Shown here one piece after another: positions 39,553-52,859 of a DNA stretch of 64,000 bases. Position 1 is the first letter of the stretch. Every line of letters begins with the position of its first letter. The DNA comes from Octopus bimaculoides (lineage: Eukaryota). The stretch spans positions 40,815,016-40,879,015 of the forward strand of contig NC_068985.1 of assembly GCF_001194135.2 (NCBI RefSeq), in the 5' to 3' direction. The position numbers and the translations under genes were made by a program. The notes under the pieces were generated by a model. The model made no database searches. It worked only from the letters and a program-made list of their open reading frames with translations, and was not told where the DNA came from.

Positions 39553-41867
39553 AAAAAAAACAAACTTGCCATGCCTGGCCATGGAACATATTACTTTGCT
39601 TGGAAACAGGTGGGGGTTGGCAACAGGAAGGACATTAAATGATGGTGATGATGATGATAATATATTTACATATTAGTTAACAAACATGCTCTCTCTCAGG
39701 AATAGTCTGCTCTCTCTCAGGAATATAATCTAAGATATATCACTTAAAACAATAGAATGGAATTTAAGGAAAATTTAGCTGCTATTTCTAGTAGGTTGAG
39801 TGACTATGTTGAGGTTCTCATTGGCAGTGGGGATGTTGTGGTTGGATGGGGTCGAATTATTTCAGTAATGGTGTTGTAGGTGGAAGAATGTAAAGCAAAG
39901 GATTTTGTCAGTTGTTAAACCTCAGTTCAGCCTTTGGACTATTCTGTGTTTTTAGTGACATCTAAGTACGTTCTTTTTAAATACATCTTTTAAAGGTAGC
40001 AGAGTGTGATTTGAGGGAGATTTGGATGCTATTTCTCGCAGTTTGAACGATCACATAGAGGGTCGTTCATTAACTCAGAATCGGAGGTTTGGTTAGTTGT
40101 TTTCGTTCAGCCTCCAATCAACTCTGATTAATTTGACTTAAGATCAAAGGCCTCACCGCCATGAAAATTCTATCCTTTTATCTGACCTAGTGTATCTAGA
40201 GCCACATTATCCAATGTGTCAATCATTATTTAAGACTGATGCAGTTTAATAGAGATTTGGCTGCTATTTTTAGGAATCTTGAACGAACAGACCTATAATC
40301 AAAGGTATTCAAGCCATAACCATAATGAGACCTTCCTTTTTACAACGAAACCCACACATCATCATCAACGTATGTGGGAAATTTGATAACTATTTTTAAG
40401 AGATCGAACAACCACATACAGGCTCCAACGTTAGCTCAAGGTGAAGGTGTTCTTGTCTGCTTGAGGTGTTGGCGGTGGAAATTGGTGTTTGTGATGGCAG
40501 TTGGTGTTTTTGATGTTTTTGTAGACTGTCAATCAAACGCGATTATATAGGTATACATGAAATTTACCACCAACAAAGCCAACCAAAACGCTTACACTAA
40601 TCTATTACCAGGTTACTCGATCTAGTAGAAATAGCAGCTACGTTTCCCTCAAAATACAAGAAGAATGGTTATATACTGGGCCTATGTAGTCTTAGATAAA
40701 CAAAAAAGGGGTTATAGTGGGAAATAAATGCCTTTGATCAAAGGTCCGTTCAACTAGATATAATGATCTGAGTCAAGCAACGACAATAACGACTACCACC
40801 TGTGTAGCTGTTATTTCTGGTACCAATCCTAACTAGTCTTGGACTTTAATAAGATGATGATAATGATAACAATACTGTTCGTGTTGACAATGAAAATAAC
40901 AGTTGTACAGAAAACTAGAGACAACGATATCATAACACAACCCAGTGTGCTGCTGCTGCTGCTACTACTACCACTACTACAACAGCAACAACTACTACGA
41001 CTGTAGTAGTAGTAGTAGTATCAAATATCAGCTGCAGTTGCAGCAACAACAACAGTAGCAGTGATGATAACGATATCAGAAGGGGAAATGTGTGTGTGTT
41101 GTGGAGCAAAATATTTATGAAAACAATGGTAAATATTTAATAGGTTAAATAATGAACAATTAACATAAATGATTTTTTGAATAATAATAATTTTTTATTT
41201 GCCAGAAAGTGGAAATATTTTGGGCAACACACACACACATACATTGTGTGTGTGTGTGTGTGTGTGTGTGTAATTAGTTGGTACTGCTCAGAATTTGTTT
41301 CCTTCTAACTTACTTAATAACGCATATTTTTAATGGCATTTTGCAAAACACGTTATATAAGATGTAAATAAATAAATAAAACAAAAAACTTTTTATGGTC
41401 AGAACAAAGAGAAGTTCATTACCTTTCTAAATCTCTGGGCATTATCCTGAGTGATAATATTCATTATCAACATGAAATTGGAAGCCACGATGAAAAAAAA
41501 AGAAAAAAAAAGAAAACAACCAAGCGTCCCAACTTCAAGTTTAGCCAAGGAATTTTATGCAACCTTCTTAATTATTTTTCTAATGAACACAAACACCACC
41601 GGTATGATGCTGGCAGAGAGTACAGGATAGGTGTGTGGGGGTCAATGAAATCAACTATTTAGTTAGAGTTAACATGTGCAAGAGCGAGCACGTGTGCGAG
41701 AAGGAGCGACAAAGTTAGTACTTTTGATAGATAGATAGATGTTTTATGGTCCCTATGAATGTGTTTATCCCTTCTGAGATCAGTAAAATAAAACGCAATC
41801 AAGTACTGGAGTCAACATAAACAACTTTAAAGAACCCTTGAATTTGAGACGTTTTGTCAAAAAAAAT

Positions 41868-41915
<48 letters not shown>

Positions 41916-41990
41916 TAATTTAACTAGACACCAGAAAAATAAAGTTTCTTTTATCTTTTCTTAACACGCACAGAAATGGGTTTGGGAATT

Positions 41991-42082
41991 GGGAGTGCGC
42001 TAGGGGGAGGGAAGGTGGGTTCGACACTATAAGACTCCACCATGAGCAAAAGTATGAAACGACCCCACCCCTGCGTACGCCC
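41991..42082. mobile_element. Possible short MITE remnant
   Basis: Imperfect inverted ends gggagtgcgctaggggg / ccccacccctgcgtacgccc. Confidence 0.35.
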
Positions 42083-42114
42083 TATTTCTATCATTACAAT
42101 ATATATATCCCTGT

Positions 42115-42380
42115 ATCACCAACTGTATCGGATGTTGTTATACATCGCTGGTCACAATGCACTTCCTTATATTGTTGTTAGCTTTCGAATGGTGCCACCC
42201 AGCTAGATAAGCAGGCAGGTCAAAATTTCCTCTGAACAGAACGCCAGTTCGTCGAAGGGTTACCCATTTACAGCAGAGTGAACTGGAGCAGCATGAAATT
42301 AAGTGTTTTGTTCAATAACACAACATATAGCCGATCTGGGAATCGAAACCAAGATTTTGCAATAGTGAGAGCAACACCCC
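42115..42380 (-). mobile_element. tRNA-derived SINE with CORE-like central domain
   Basis: gtttcgattcccagatcgg head and gaacaaaacacttaatttcatgctgctccagttcactctgctgtaaatgggtaac core; related pieces at about 2908-3025, 15916-16035 and 30862-31000. Confidence 0.6.
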
Positions 42381-42507
42381 GAATTGCCATGATTTTTATA
42401 TTCGTGCCAACCGCAATGATTAGTATGAAGCTATTGTGAAAGACGTATACCTTGAAAATGGACCTTTAGCGATATATTGTCAAAATAGTAGATACATGCC
42501 GTTAAAA

Positions 42508-42722
42508 TATTTATTTCTTTATTAACCACAGGGGGCTAAACATAGAGAGGACAAACAAGGACAGACAAAGGGATTAAATCGATTACATCGACCCCAGTGC
42601 GTAATTGGTACTTATTTAATTAACCCCGAAAGGATGAAAAGCAAAGTCAACCTCGGCGGAATTTGAACTCAGAACGTAACGACAGACGAAATACCGCTAG
42701 GCATTTCTACCAGCTCGCCGCC
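42508..42722 (-). mobile_element. Young SINE (ggcggcgagctgg... family) with TSD
   Basis: CpG-intact; flanks atgccgttaaaata / atgccgttgaaaaata. Other copies at 7655-7833(+), 11414-11636(+), about 2496-2670, 11856-12040 and 49840-49920(-). Confidence 0.8.
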
Positions 42723-43952
42723 TGATGCCGTTGAAAAATATGAGAAAATTTCAGACGTCTAGGATACATCAAATAGACATCATGTTAATACATATACTTT
42801 AGTGGTGGGTTGTCTCTTTACTTTCTGAGTTCAACTTTGACCTTAATCCCTTCTGGGACCAATAAAATAAAAGGCTAATCAAGTGCCAGAGTCAACATAA
42901 CCAACTATAAAGAACCCCCGCATTTGAGACATTTTGTTAATGTCACAAATCAATATATATCCCAATCAAAACATGTACATTATACACTTGCAAACATACT
43001 TACACACACAATATTGCGTGCGCGACAGTTGTTACAGAAACATACTTAGTTCCTTAATCTTGGAACAAGGCGATTACTGTTGATGATGCTGTGAGGGACA
43101 CGGACAAAACGGTCGTATGACTAATGGATTTAACATAAATATGTTATATGCATAATACAGAAAAGGTATATTTGAATGGATACAATATACACACATTACG
43201 TAGTCATAGATACATGTGTAAGTTTTAGAAGTTAAGCAAACTGACCCCAGTACCGTAAAGAGAGAAGGGACAGTGTCTAAAACCTTTACAAACCAACCTC
43301 CCATTCTACTGAGATTGATGCAGCTGATGATCAGCTTGAATAGTTTTTAGGTTAATGTCTTCATGGATGGTGAAATAAAAATCCAGACTGTTGACGTTTT
43401 GTGGAAGAAGGACGGAAGTAGTTGAAACAGAGTGTGAAAGACGAGACAAGTAATTTTACAGAGAGAGAGGGTGGGGGTTGTGAGCAAATAGCGTTTTGGT
43501 TATTGAACCTCTGGATGTGGTTTAGGATATATGTGTCAACAGCAGCTACCGTCCCATAAACGTGAGCAGTACTCTGAAGTGGGTCTTAGTTGAGCTTAGC
43601 AGAGGGTTCAGCAATTGACTGATCAGTGATGACTTTGGAGCAACTTGGAAGGAAGGTTTTAATAGATTTTCAATGTTAATAGATGAGGCACAAGTTTAGT
43701 GAACATGTTATTATACATAAGATCTCTGCTCAAAACGTAAGAACCCCAACTCTCCCCACCACATGCAAGCTCATTTTGTTATACAAATTGTATTAATGAT
43801 TTTTGGATCCTAGAGATTATTTCTCATCTCTCCACAAACACGCATATTTCGCTCACAGAAGCAGTGCCAACGATCTTCGCTGGATCGGGAATAATGCGGT
43901 TATAATGCGGTTTAAGTTCAACTTCAACATTTTTAGGTTATAATTTGCAGAT

Positions 43953-43992
<40 letters not shown>

Positions 43993-44060
43993 TTAATCTT
44001 CCGTGAAGGTAAGATCAACAAAAAGGTACTCCATCCAAGTGAGAGATAAATATCATACTT

Positions 44061-44123
44061 AATGTACACTATAAAGATAAGAGCTACTAATAGTTTAGCT
44101 CTTATCTTTATATAGTGTACATT
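44061..44123. other. Isolated 63-bp near-perfect hairpin
   Basis: aatgtacactataaagataagagcta / tagctcttatctttatatagtgtacatt with a 9-nt loop and one 2-nt bulge. Confidence 0.85.
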
Positions 44124-44132
44124 GAATGATTT

Positions 44133-44174
<42 letters not shown>

Positions 44175-44672
44175 TACAAAATTGTAGTAAGTTAACTAAG
44201 AATGTATGATATAATCATACATTTTTATTTAATGAGTTCCACGATCCAATTGTTTATTTAAACAAACACATTTACAAATTCATGCGTACAATCATACATA
44301 CAAAAATCTATTCATCTCCTCTCTCTATGTATGTATGCGCATGTGTACACACACACAGACGTACATATATGTATATATAGTCATGCTCTCATACCATCAT
44401 CAACTTGTACATATAGCCTTTCATACAAACAAAAATATGGCTGTATTTCCTAAACCAACCTCAACCATCATCATTAACTTTACAAACACCACCATCATGG
44501 TAACAGCAATATTCCCTCTTTCCATTTCAGCTCTTAATTGACATCCAATCTGTCCTAATGCAATTGACCATATTAGATTAGATTTTGTTTGGAGGGAAAT
44601 ACGTAGACCTTCATTCGCACATACACACACCATTCTCTCCCTCTTACATCTCATCTCTGTCTGTCTGTCTTT

Positions 44673-44710
<38 letters not shown>

Positions 44711-47700
44711 ACATACCTGCACACATTTGCACACTTACCTAAGGTAGTGAGACAGTGTCTGTAGATAAATAACTTTGTGTGCATTTAATAAACAAACTAA
44801 ATATGTTTTTATACATACACACATAAACTTAATTAGTCTTTGTGTGTGTACGTTTGAACTTACAAACATGAGGATAAGTACTCAATACCAAAAGTAGAGT
44901 TTAATATTGTGATTGCTTTCATATACATATATACTGCGCCTTATAGCCCAGATTCCAATTATGAACAACGAGTAATCGCATAACTCCGAGTGACAACAAT
45001 AAACTCAGTACAAAAGATATACACCTTTTATCTTTCACTTGTTCCAGTCATTAGATTGCGGCCATGCTGGGGCACCACCATTATATATATATAATGTGTG
45101 TGTGTGTGTGTGTGTGAATGAATGAATGATATCGTGTATATACTAATCATGTATTTATGTCACTTCTTATTTACAGAATTTATGTATAAAAATACACTCA
45201 ATGTGTGTGCGCGCACACACACATATCCATAGTTTGGATCTCCATCGGTTTCGTGGATAATTTTTGTAGTTCGATTAATTGAACTGCTACTCACTGAACT
45301 ATAACGTGAGAAGTTGATATATACACACACGGCACAGATTCAGATAAACACATACACACATACATACACATACACACAAACACACAGAGAAACGCATGTA
45401 CAAGCATACATATTTGTATGAGAGAGTAAGAGAAAGAGGGGGGGATGGGTCTATGTTTGAATTATTGGATAATAGTACAAAATAAATAAATAATTCTTCC
45501 TTATCAATACCATTTGTGCAATGTACGGTTGATATGACGATAGTAATGATGATAGAATTATATGGCATAGTAGTGGTGATGTGAGGAGGAGTTACAGCTT
45601 ATAGTGATGAAGGTGGCAGTAGCCGTGGTGGCAATGGAGTTACTGAGAAACGATGATGGTGTTTACAGTGCTGGTGTTGTGGTTTATTGTTGGTGGCGGC
45701 AATGATTACGATTGGTGTTTGTGTCATGATGATGATGAGGATGAATGATAAAGATGATGTGGATGAATAGATATATTAAGTTGATAAATAATATTAATAA
45801 AGGTTAATAATGGTTTGTTATAATAATGATAATAATGCTTTCTTTAATAGTAGCAGTGTTATCAGCAACGATAGTAGTGGCCGTCGTTGGTGTTGGAGAT
45901 GATGTTGAAAAACAACGATGATAATGTTGTCTACGGCGATGACAATGGTAAACAAAGAGAGCTGGCCATGAATGCAAAGGCCGTACGACTGAAAGGTAGA
46001 GTGGTCGCATCGATACACATCTTTGAGTAGACGAACAAATAAAAATAATAAAATATTATACGAATAAATAAATCAGTAAAAGCTGCAGAGATGTATATTA
46101 TTGGATGGATGCATAATCTGTATGGCCATTGCTTACTGAGGTGCGTGTATATATTCCATTCATATATACACGCATATATACATACATACGTGTGCGAGCG
46201 TGTATTGCAAACATTATATGCGCGCGTGTGTGTGTGAACAGTTTATGCAACATTTCACACAATTTTCATTATTGTTGTTTAAATATTTTGCTCAAGGTAC
46301 GTCTGTTGTGGTCCCTATAATGCACTTTATATTCCGAAAGTGTGACTTATTGTGTATATACACTTATATTGGTATGTCAGCCTCCGTACATGTGTAAATG
46401 CTTAAACGTATGTATTGCACACACACACACACACAAGGACTCTAGGTTCCTTTTCAAGAACTCGAAAGGAATGGAAAAGACAGCTGAAGAATTTTCCCCC
46501 AAATATTTATAACTAAATAAATACACATTACTACATCAATAACATCAGCGTGTTAGCTCGCCTTGCTAGAAATAGCAGCTAAATCTCTCTCATATCACAA
46601 GCAAACACATTAAAAAAAAAAGAAGGGATATACTGGATAATATAATCCCAGGTGTTCAAAATGACGAGATGGTCACGACTGGAATGCTTTTAACAAATTA
46701 AATCTGATAGAGACAGTGAGGGTAAACAACAACAGCAACAAAGCAATCATGCTAATAATAAATCTAGCATAAATGAATGAAAATCTATTAGGAATAAGCA
46801 CAAAACATCTTTAGCAACAAATAAATGGTAAATCACTTAAAGATATCATTAACATGATCGAGCCAACAAGAGTTCGTTTATGCAGTTGTCTGAAATTCAA
46901 GAAATAGTAATCACATTCTAATATTTTAAAAACAAGAGACATTTGGATATTGATAAATGGTAAGAGCTGAAATGGAGGATGAAAGGTAAACATTAGCAAC
47001 ACCATCAGTATCACAGAACCAACTTCTATTTGCGGTCATTAGACCTGGTAGAAATAACAGCTAAGTCTCACTGAAATTACACACTAGTCTTCGAAAGGAA
47101 AGATACACTGAGTAATGAAGTCACAGAACACTAGGTATAAAAATAAAAAGTGTGTGTGTGTGTGCGAGAAAGAGAGAGAGAGAAAGAAGAAAAAGACGAG
47201 CTGGTTACGGCTGGAATGAATACCTTTGATTACATATCTAGCTGGATCTTAAACAGCAACTATATGAATAACAGCAGCATCAAAGATCAGTAATAACACG
47301 GAAATAAATGAAACCAAAGAACGAAAGCTCACCAGAAATAACTGGTGCAAAATGAAAGTTTAAAAAAAAAAAAAAGCAAGCTTGCAAGAAAGTTTAGAAA
47401 AGAGAGAATCAAAGAAGAAAAAACAAAAAATGCAAGGAGACGAGTAAGCAAAGATGAAATAAAGACATGAAGGGGATTGAAACAACGAAGAGAAATATAG
47501 TAAAAATAAAGGAAGAAGCGAGACAAATGAATGAATGAAAGGCGAGAAAAAAAAATGAAGTTCGAATAGAAAAATAAACCTCTAATATGAATGAGAAATT
47601 TAAATGAAAGCACCTAACGCTTAAGGTATCAGGTGCCGCTATAATGGGATTGTTTGACGTTTATGCCTTTTTCCTTTCCAAATCCATTATTAACCAAGTC

Positions 47701-48470
47701 GAAGCCATCGTGGACTGAAATGGTTCGCTTACTGGGTTTTCGAAACCAAACTGAAAACAGGTTTCATTCTTAGAATACGCAAAGGCGCCAACATGTTAGA
47801 GAAAGAAGTTGGACGGGGAGGGATGCAATAGTGATTTTGTGATGATAATGCTTTTCCAGTGAAGGAACATTAACAAGCAAAGTGGGGAGTGAGAGAGAGC
47901 TTAACCTCGTCACTCTCTGGCAAACAACAATATCATATTAGATAGGTGAATAATTAATTCCGTCGCCTAAATTATCAATGACAACAACCAAAATAACTTA
48001 ATCTTGTTTTTTTAGGAAGAAGTGGTAACATCGATGGCTTTCGCAAAATAAAAATAAATAATAAACTAATTTAATTTCTCGTTGGATTTACCTATTAATT
48101 TGTACTGCAATTGTTTTCATTGAACAACATGCAGGCATGTGTATACAAATTTATACATGCAACTAATTTCAGTAAGAGTTTAAAGAAATAAGGGGAAAAT
48201 AGAGAAAAGAAAGTATGTAAATCAGTGAAGAAATATTGTCATTTACGGTGTTGTAAATAAGAAAAATATACTCGAGTTGTTTGTTTATAATATTAATTTT
48301 CAAATGAAATGGGTGACGATATTTAACATTAACTAATATTTATTATTCGTGTACGTATGAGTTTGTATGTAATATATGTATGTATGTGCATATACTCAAC
48401 AAATATCTACCTGCATGTAATGTGTACGTCTGTGAATTTGTTTATATTAAAAACATGTACCTATGTCTGT

Positions 48471-48510
<40 letters not shown>

Positions 48511-48602
48511 GAATACATATATTATATATACATGTGTGCATACATACATTCATGGTACTTGTGTTAGTGCTGTTTATATTATTATTTTTGGGGGGTACTT
48601 AC

Positions 48603-48769
48603 TCCAATAGTCTTGGCGGTTCCAGGGCAATAATCACATTGTAAGGTGTGTTGACGTTGAGTTTCACAGTCTTGGAGAGAGGAAAGCGTTTACCATCCTG
48701 TTTGAAGAACACGGGCACATCTTTATGCCTCTTACGCATTCCAACAGTCATTCGAAAAGTGGCTGCCAT
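48603..48769 (-). CDS. CNRIP1: CNRIP1-like (CB1 cannabinoid receptor-interacting protein 1) coding exon 1
   Basis: ATG at 48769 in context aaaaATGgca. Translation MAATFRMTVGMRKRHKDVPVFFKQDGKRFPLSKTVKLNVNTPYNVIIALEPPRLL matches the CNRIP1 N-terminus (human [33 protein letters not shown]). Ends GA|GTAAGT, phase 2. Too short for the ORF track. Confidence 0.88.
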
Positions 48770-51125
48770 TTTTCGCAAGCTGCTAAAATTCCAGGCTCTT
48801 TTGTTGTGTTCGTCTTGTTATTGTTAATCTTATATATTGTGTTTATATTGATATATATGTGTGTATGTATAATATCGCTTAATCTATATACTACACCTTC
48901 GGTTTCTCAGCTCTTTGGCTCTGTAACTTCGCTTTTCTCTCCTCCCCAATTTCTCTCCTCACTTTTTTTTTCTTTTTTACTCACATACATTCACAAAAGT
49001 GTGTAGTATTTATGTTCCTGGTAATAATAATGATGTTGCTGATGATAGTCGTGACAGAGGTAGTGGTATTTTCGATGTTGTGTAGTAAATATATCCTTTA
49101 ATTTCAATGCGCATTCCTTAATCGGGCACAGCATACATGTATATCATTTATGTACGTAGATATAGCTACCTGTGGGGTTTGTGTGTGTGTGTGCGCGCGC
49201 ATGTGCGTGTATATATATATGTATATATATATATATATATATGAAAGATATTAGATTTTTTTTTTAGTTATCTTTTTTCGTGATACTTTTTTTTTGTGTA
49301 TGTATATATTAGTTTCAATAATTGGTTTGCTTATTTGATGTAAAGAACGAAAGAGATAAATAGATACATAGATAGATGGATCAATTAATCGATAGATAAA
49401 CTGCTAGATAGACAGACAGATAAAATTGGCGTGCGAAAGAAAGTAAAAATCATTCCTTGCTCCACCGCTAGTTTCTTCTTTCAAACGGTTCTCACTCGAA
49501 CACTTACACATCTTCTGACCAACATATTCAAGAGTGTGTATAAATATGCGGGGGAGGGAGGGGAACACACGCATACGTATACTTTTGTCGCTGCACTCTC
49601 TTCTCTTCCTTCCCCTCTCGCTCTCATACAAACACAGAGGAACTCAATCACACATATTAAATCGCATAGACATATACATGCCCTTATGCGCGCGTGCACG
49701 CACACTCATATTCAAACGTACAAACACATGCTTTGCAAGCAGATTCTTATCCGTTTTCTCCTCTCTTTATTTTGCAGCCTCTCTTACTAACTCATTCCAT
49801 ACCTTTCTCTTTCATCTATTCACACTCAAATTATTGTTTCAAATTTTGGTACAAGGCCAGTAAATTAGAGGGGAAGAGGTTTAGTCGATTACATCGACCT
49901 CAGTACTTGACTGGTACTTTACACACAAATACATACACACAAACACATTAACATATGACTTACACACACACACGCACACACACTGACACTTTCGCACAAA
50001 TACGCGAAGCTCCCTCTCTCTGTTTCACTTGATCTTTCTCTGCCATTCCGTATATTTTCGTTCGTTCACACTTNNNNNNNNNNCCCCCCCCATCTCATAC
50101 AGATATACTTTATAACACACAGACACGCTTACTCTTTTTCTCTCTTATTTTTTTTTATTTTTTATCATTCATTAGTTTCTTCTCTCTCTCTTTCTCTTCA
50201 TGTTCATAAACCTATAACTCACAACACTGAAATACATACACACACGTTCTCTTTCATTTTTGTACCTGGTCATCACTGTCTTTCCTTTCTCACACACAGA
50301 CACTCGCTCACAGCTTTTTCTACCTTGTTTCCACAAACACTACACACACCCACGCACGTACACACTCACAGACAGACAGACACACACACACACACACACA
50401 TACATGTTTCCCCTTTTTTCTACCATGTTTATCAGTTTCTTTTTGTACCTTGATATCACAATCTTACCTCTCTTTTCTACCTTGTTATTACCTTTTCTCT
50501 CAGTTTCCTACCATTACACACACACACACTCACACACACACTCACACTCATACGCACGCGCGCATGCACACTCTTTCTTTTTCTCTCTCTCTCTCTGTCT
50601 ATCTATGTCTCTACTTTCAACTCCCCCTCCGTTACTCTTTCTTTTGCACAATCCACGCTCATTGTGTGTGTATATATATATGTACATAATGTGTGCGTTT
50701 GTGTATATTCTTTTTTTCTCTCCTGTCTTTCTATTGTATCCGTCTTCTCTTGTCTTGCTAATATCCCTTTCCTACTTTTTATTCCTCCTTTTTTTTATTT
50801 ATGTTTATCTTTCTATCTTCCTTCTGTTCTTGTTCTCATTCTCTCTCTTTCTCTTCCTCCTTCGCGCATCTCCTCAACACACTCTCGCATTATCCAATCG
50901 ACACACAGGCACACACCCACATACACGCATCCTGTTATTTCTCCCATTCCGTTTTTCTCGCTGATTTCTTTCATTCTCTATTTCTTGTATGCTTCTATAC
51001 AGTCAAAAAATAAACATAAACTGATGTACAAATACGTAAAACTGTACATACGCACATACTCACACAACAACCCATATTACATACACAGAAATGCGCCAAC
51101 GTGAAGTGTCTTCCTTCCGAATATG

Positions 51126-51187
<62 letters not shown>

Positions 51188-51635
51188 TTATCTATTTATC
51201 TGTCTGTCCATGTGAATGTGTGAGTAAATGAACGAGTGTATTTAATGTGATGTTTACGTTATTTGTGTTTTGTTCGTATGTATATGTGTGTGTATGTATG
51301 TATGCATGTATGTTTGCATGTATGTATGTATGTAGGAGATGCTTGCTCAAAAACGACCCAATTGATGCTGTTCAATTCACACTGGTGCCCAAATCGTTAA
51401 AAACAAAATAGAACTGCTGCCACCAAGGAGAAGCAATCACAACACAAAGCTAGAGAGGTACCAGTAGCCCAAGTGCTTTACCTCATACGCGCCTCTACAT
51501 GTAGGAAAAGGTTCTTGACACGGACACGGATATCTCACATCAGCAGACACCCAGACATACAAGGCAATCTTGTGTCTTGGTCATTTTTGAGAGAGATAAG
51601 CAATATAAAGGTAGTCAGCTAAGGAGATACCTGTC

Positions 51636-51698
<63 letters not shown>

Positions 51699-51891
51699 CT
51701 GTCTATCTATCTATCTATCTATCTGTCTGTCTGTCTGTCTGTCTGTCTACTTGTCTGTTTTTATTTCTCACACTCTTACANNNNNNNNNNNNNNNNNNNN
51801 NNNNNNNNNNNNNNNNNNNNNNNNNNNNNNNNNNNNNNNNNNNNNNNNNNNNNNNNNNNNNNNNNNNNNNNNNNNNNNNNNNNNNNNNNNN

Positions 51892-51934
<43 letters not shown>

Positions 51935-52859
51935 GCACACACATACACATGCATGCAGTAGAACCCTCGTTAAACCGTACCGAAAGGAAGGAAGAATGTC
52001 TATTTTAACTGATTGAGTTAATCGATCATATGAGTTAATATTTTATAGGTATACGATATTGGAAATATATATATATACTGTACGCAGAACGTAACGGTTA
52101 AAAGAATATAGAAATGCAGTAAACATCATATAACTATATAAAATATTATTTTAGGAATTTGCTATCTTTGGTGTGTGTGTGTGTGTGTGTGTGTGTGTAC
52201 AATCTTACAGTTTTACAACTCTTCAAGGATTTGACGATGTGCAAGCTGGTGCGACTGAAGGTAGCACCAGCAGTATTCTGGTAATCATTCTTAGCTGAAA
52301 AGACTGGCGCAACGCGAAATGAAACGTTTTGCTTAAGGACATAACAGACCGCTTGGTACAAGATAAAACCCACAATTTCATGATCTTGTGCCTAACAACC
52401 TTATCACTGGGTCACACACTTTCACTCAAACATACGTACAGACCTATATGCAAATACTTTCACGCGCGCGCACACAAACACATGCACATACACACACACA
52501 CACGCACTCACATACCTTTTTTACTTGTTTTAGTCATTGGACTTCGGCAATGTGCTTGAAGTGCTTAGTCAAACATATCAACCCCTGTAGTTGTCTTTGG
52601 CCGAACCGTTAAGTTATGAGGACGTAAGCAAATCAAGACTGGTTGTCAAGCGGTGGAGGCAAGCACAAAGACAACGACATACGCACACATATATACGACG
52701 GGCTTCCACACAGTTTCCGTTTACCAAATTCACTGAAGGCATTCGTCAGTCTAGTGCTATAGTAGAACACACTTGCAACGCAGTAGGACTGAATCTTAAA
52801 CTATGTGGTAACAAAGCGAGCTTCTTAATCACACAGTGAATATACATACAGGCACTATA

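Larger units (their letters stand above)
8163..48602 (-). other. CNRIP1: CNRIP1 intron 1, 40,440 bp including gaps, phase 2
   Basis: GT...AG bounded; the frame and homology of the two exons join directly. Confidence 0.72.

Noticed and set aside
47733-47794. MLAPLRILRMKPVFSLVSKT followed by a GTAAGC donor, resembling a mitochondrial presequence or alternative first exon
   Set aside because: It is phase-compatible with exon 2 but would delete the conserved N-terminal motif; no supporting evidence.
50260-51104. 234-aa and 146-aa ORFs
   Set aside because: Translations of CT/CA low-complexity sequence; the same applies to the many YIYI/HTHT/CVCV/ERER ORFs.
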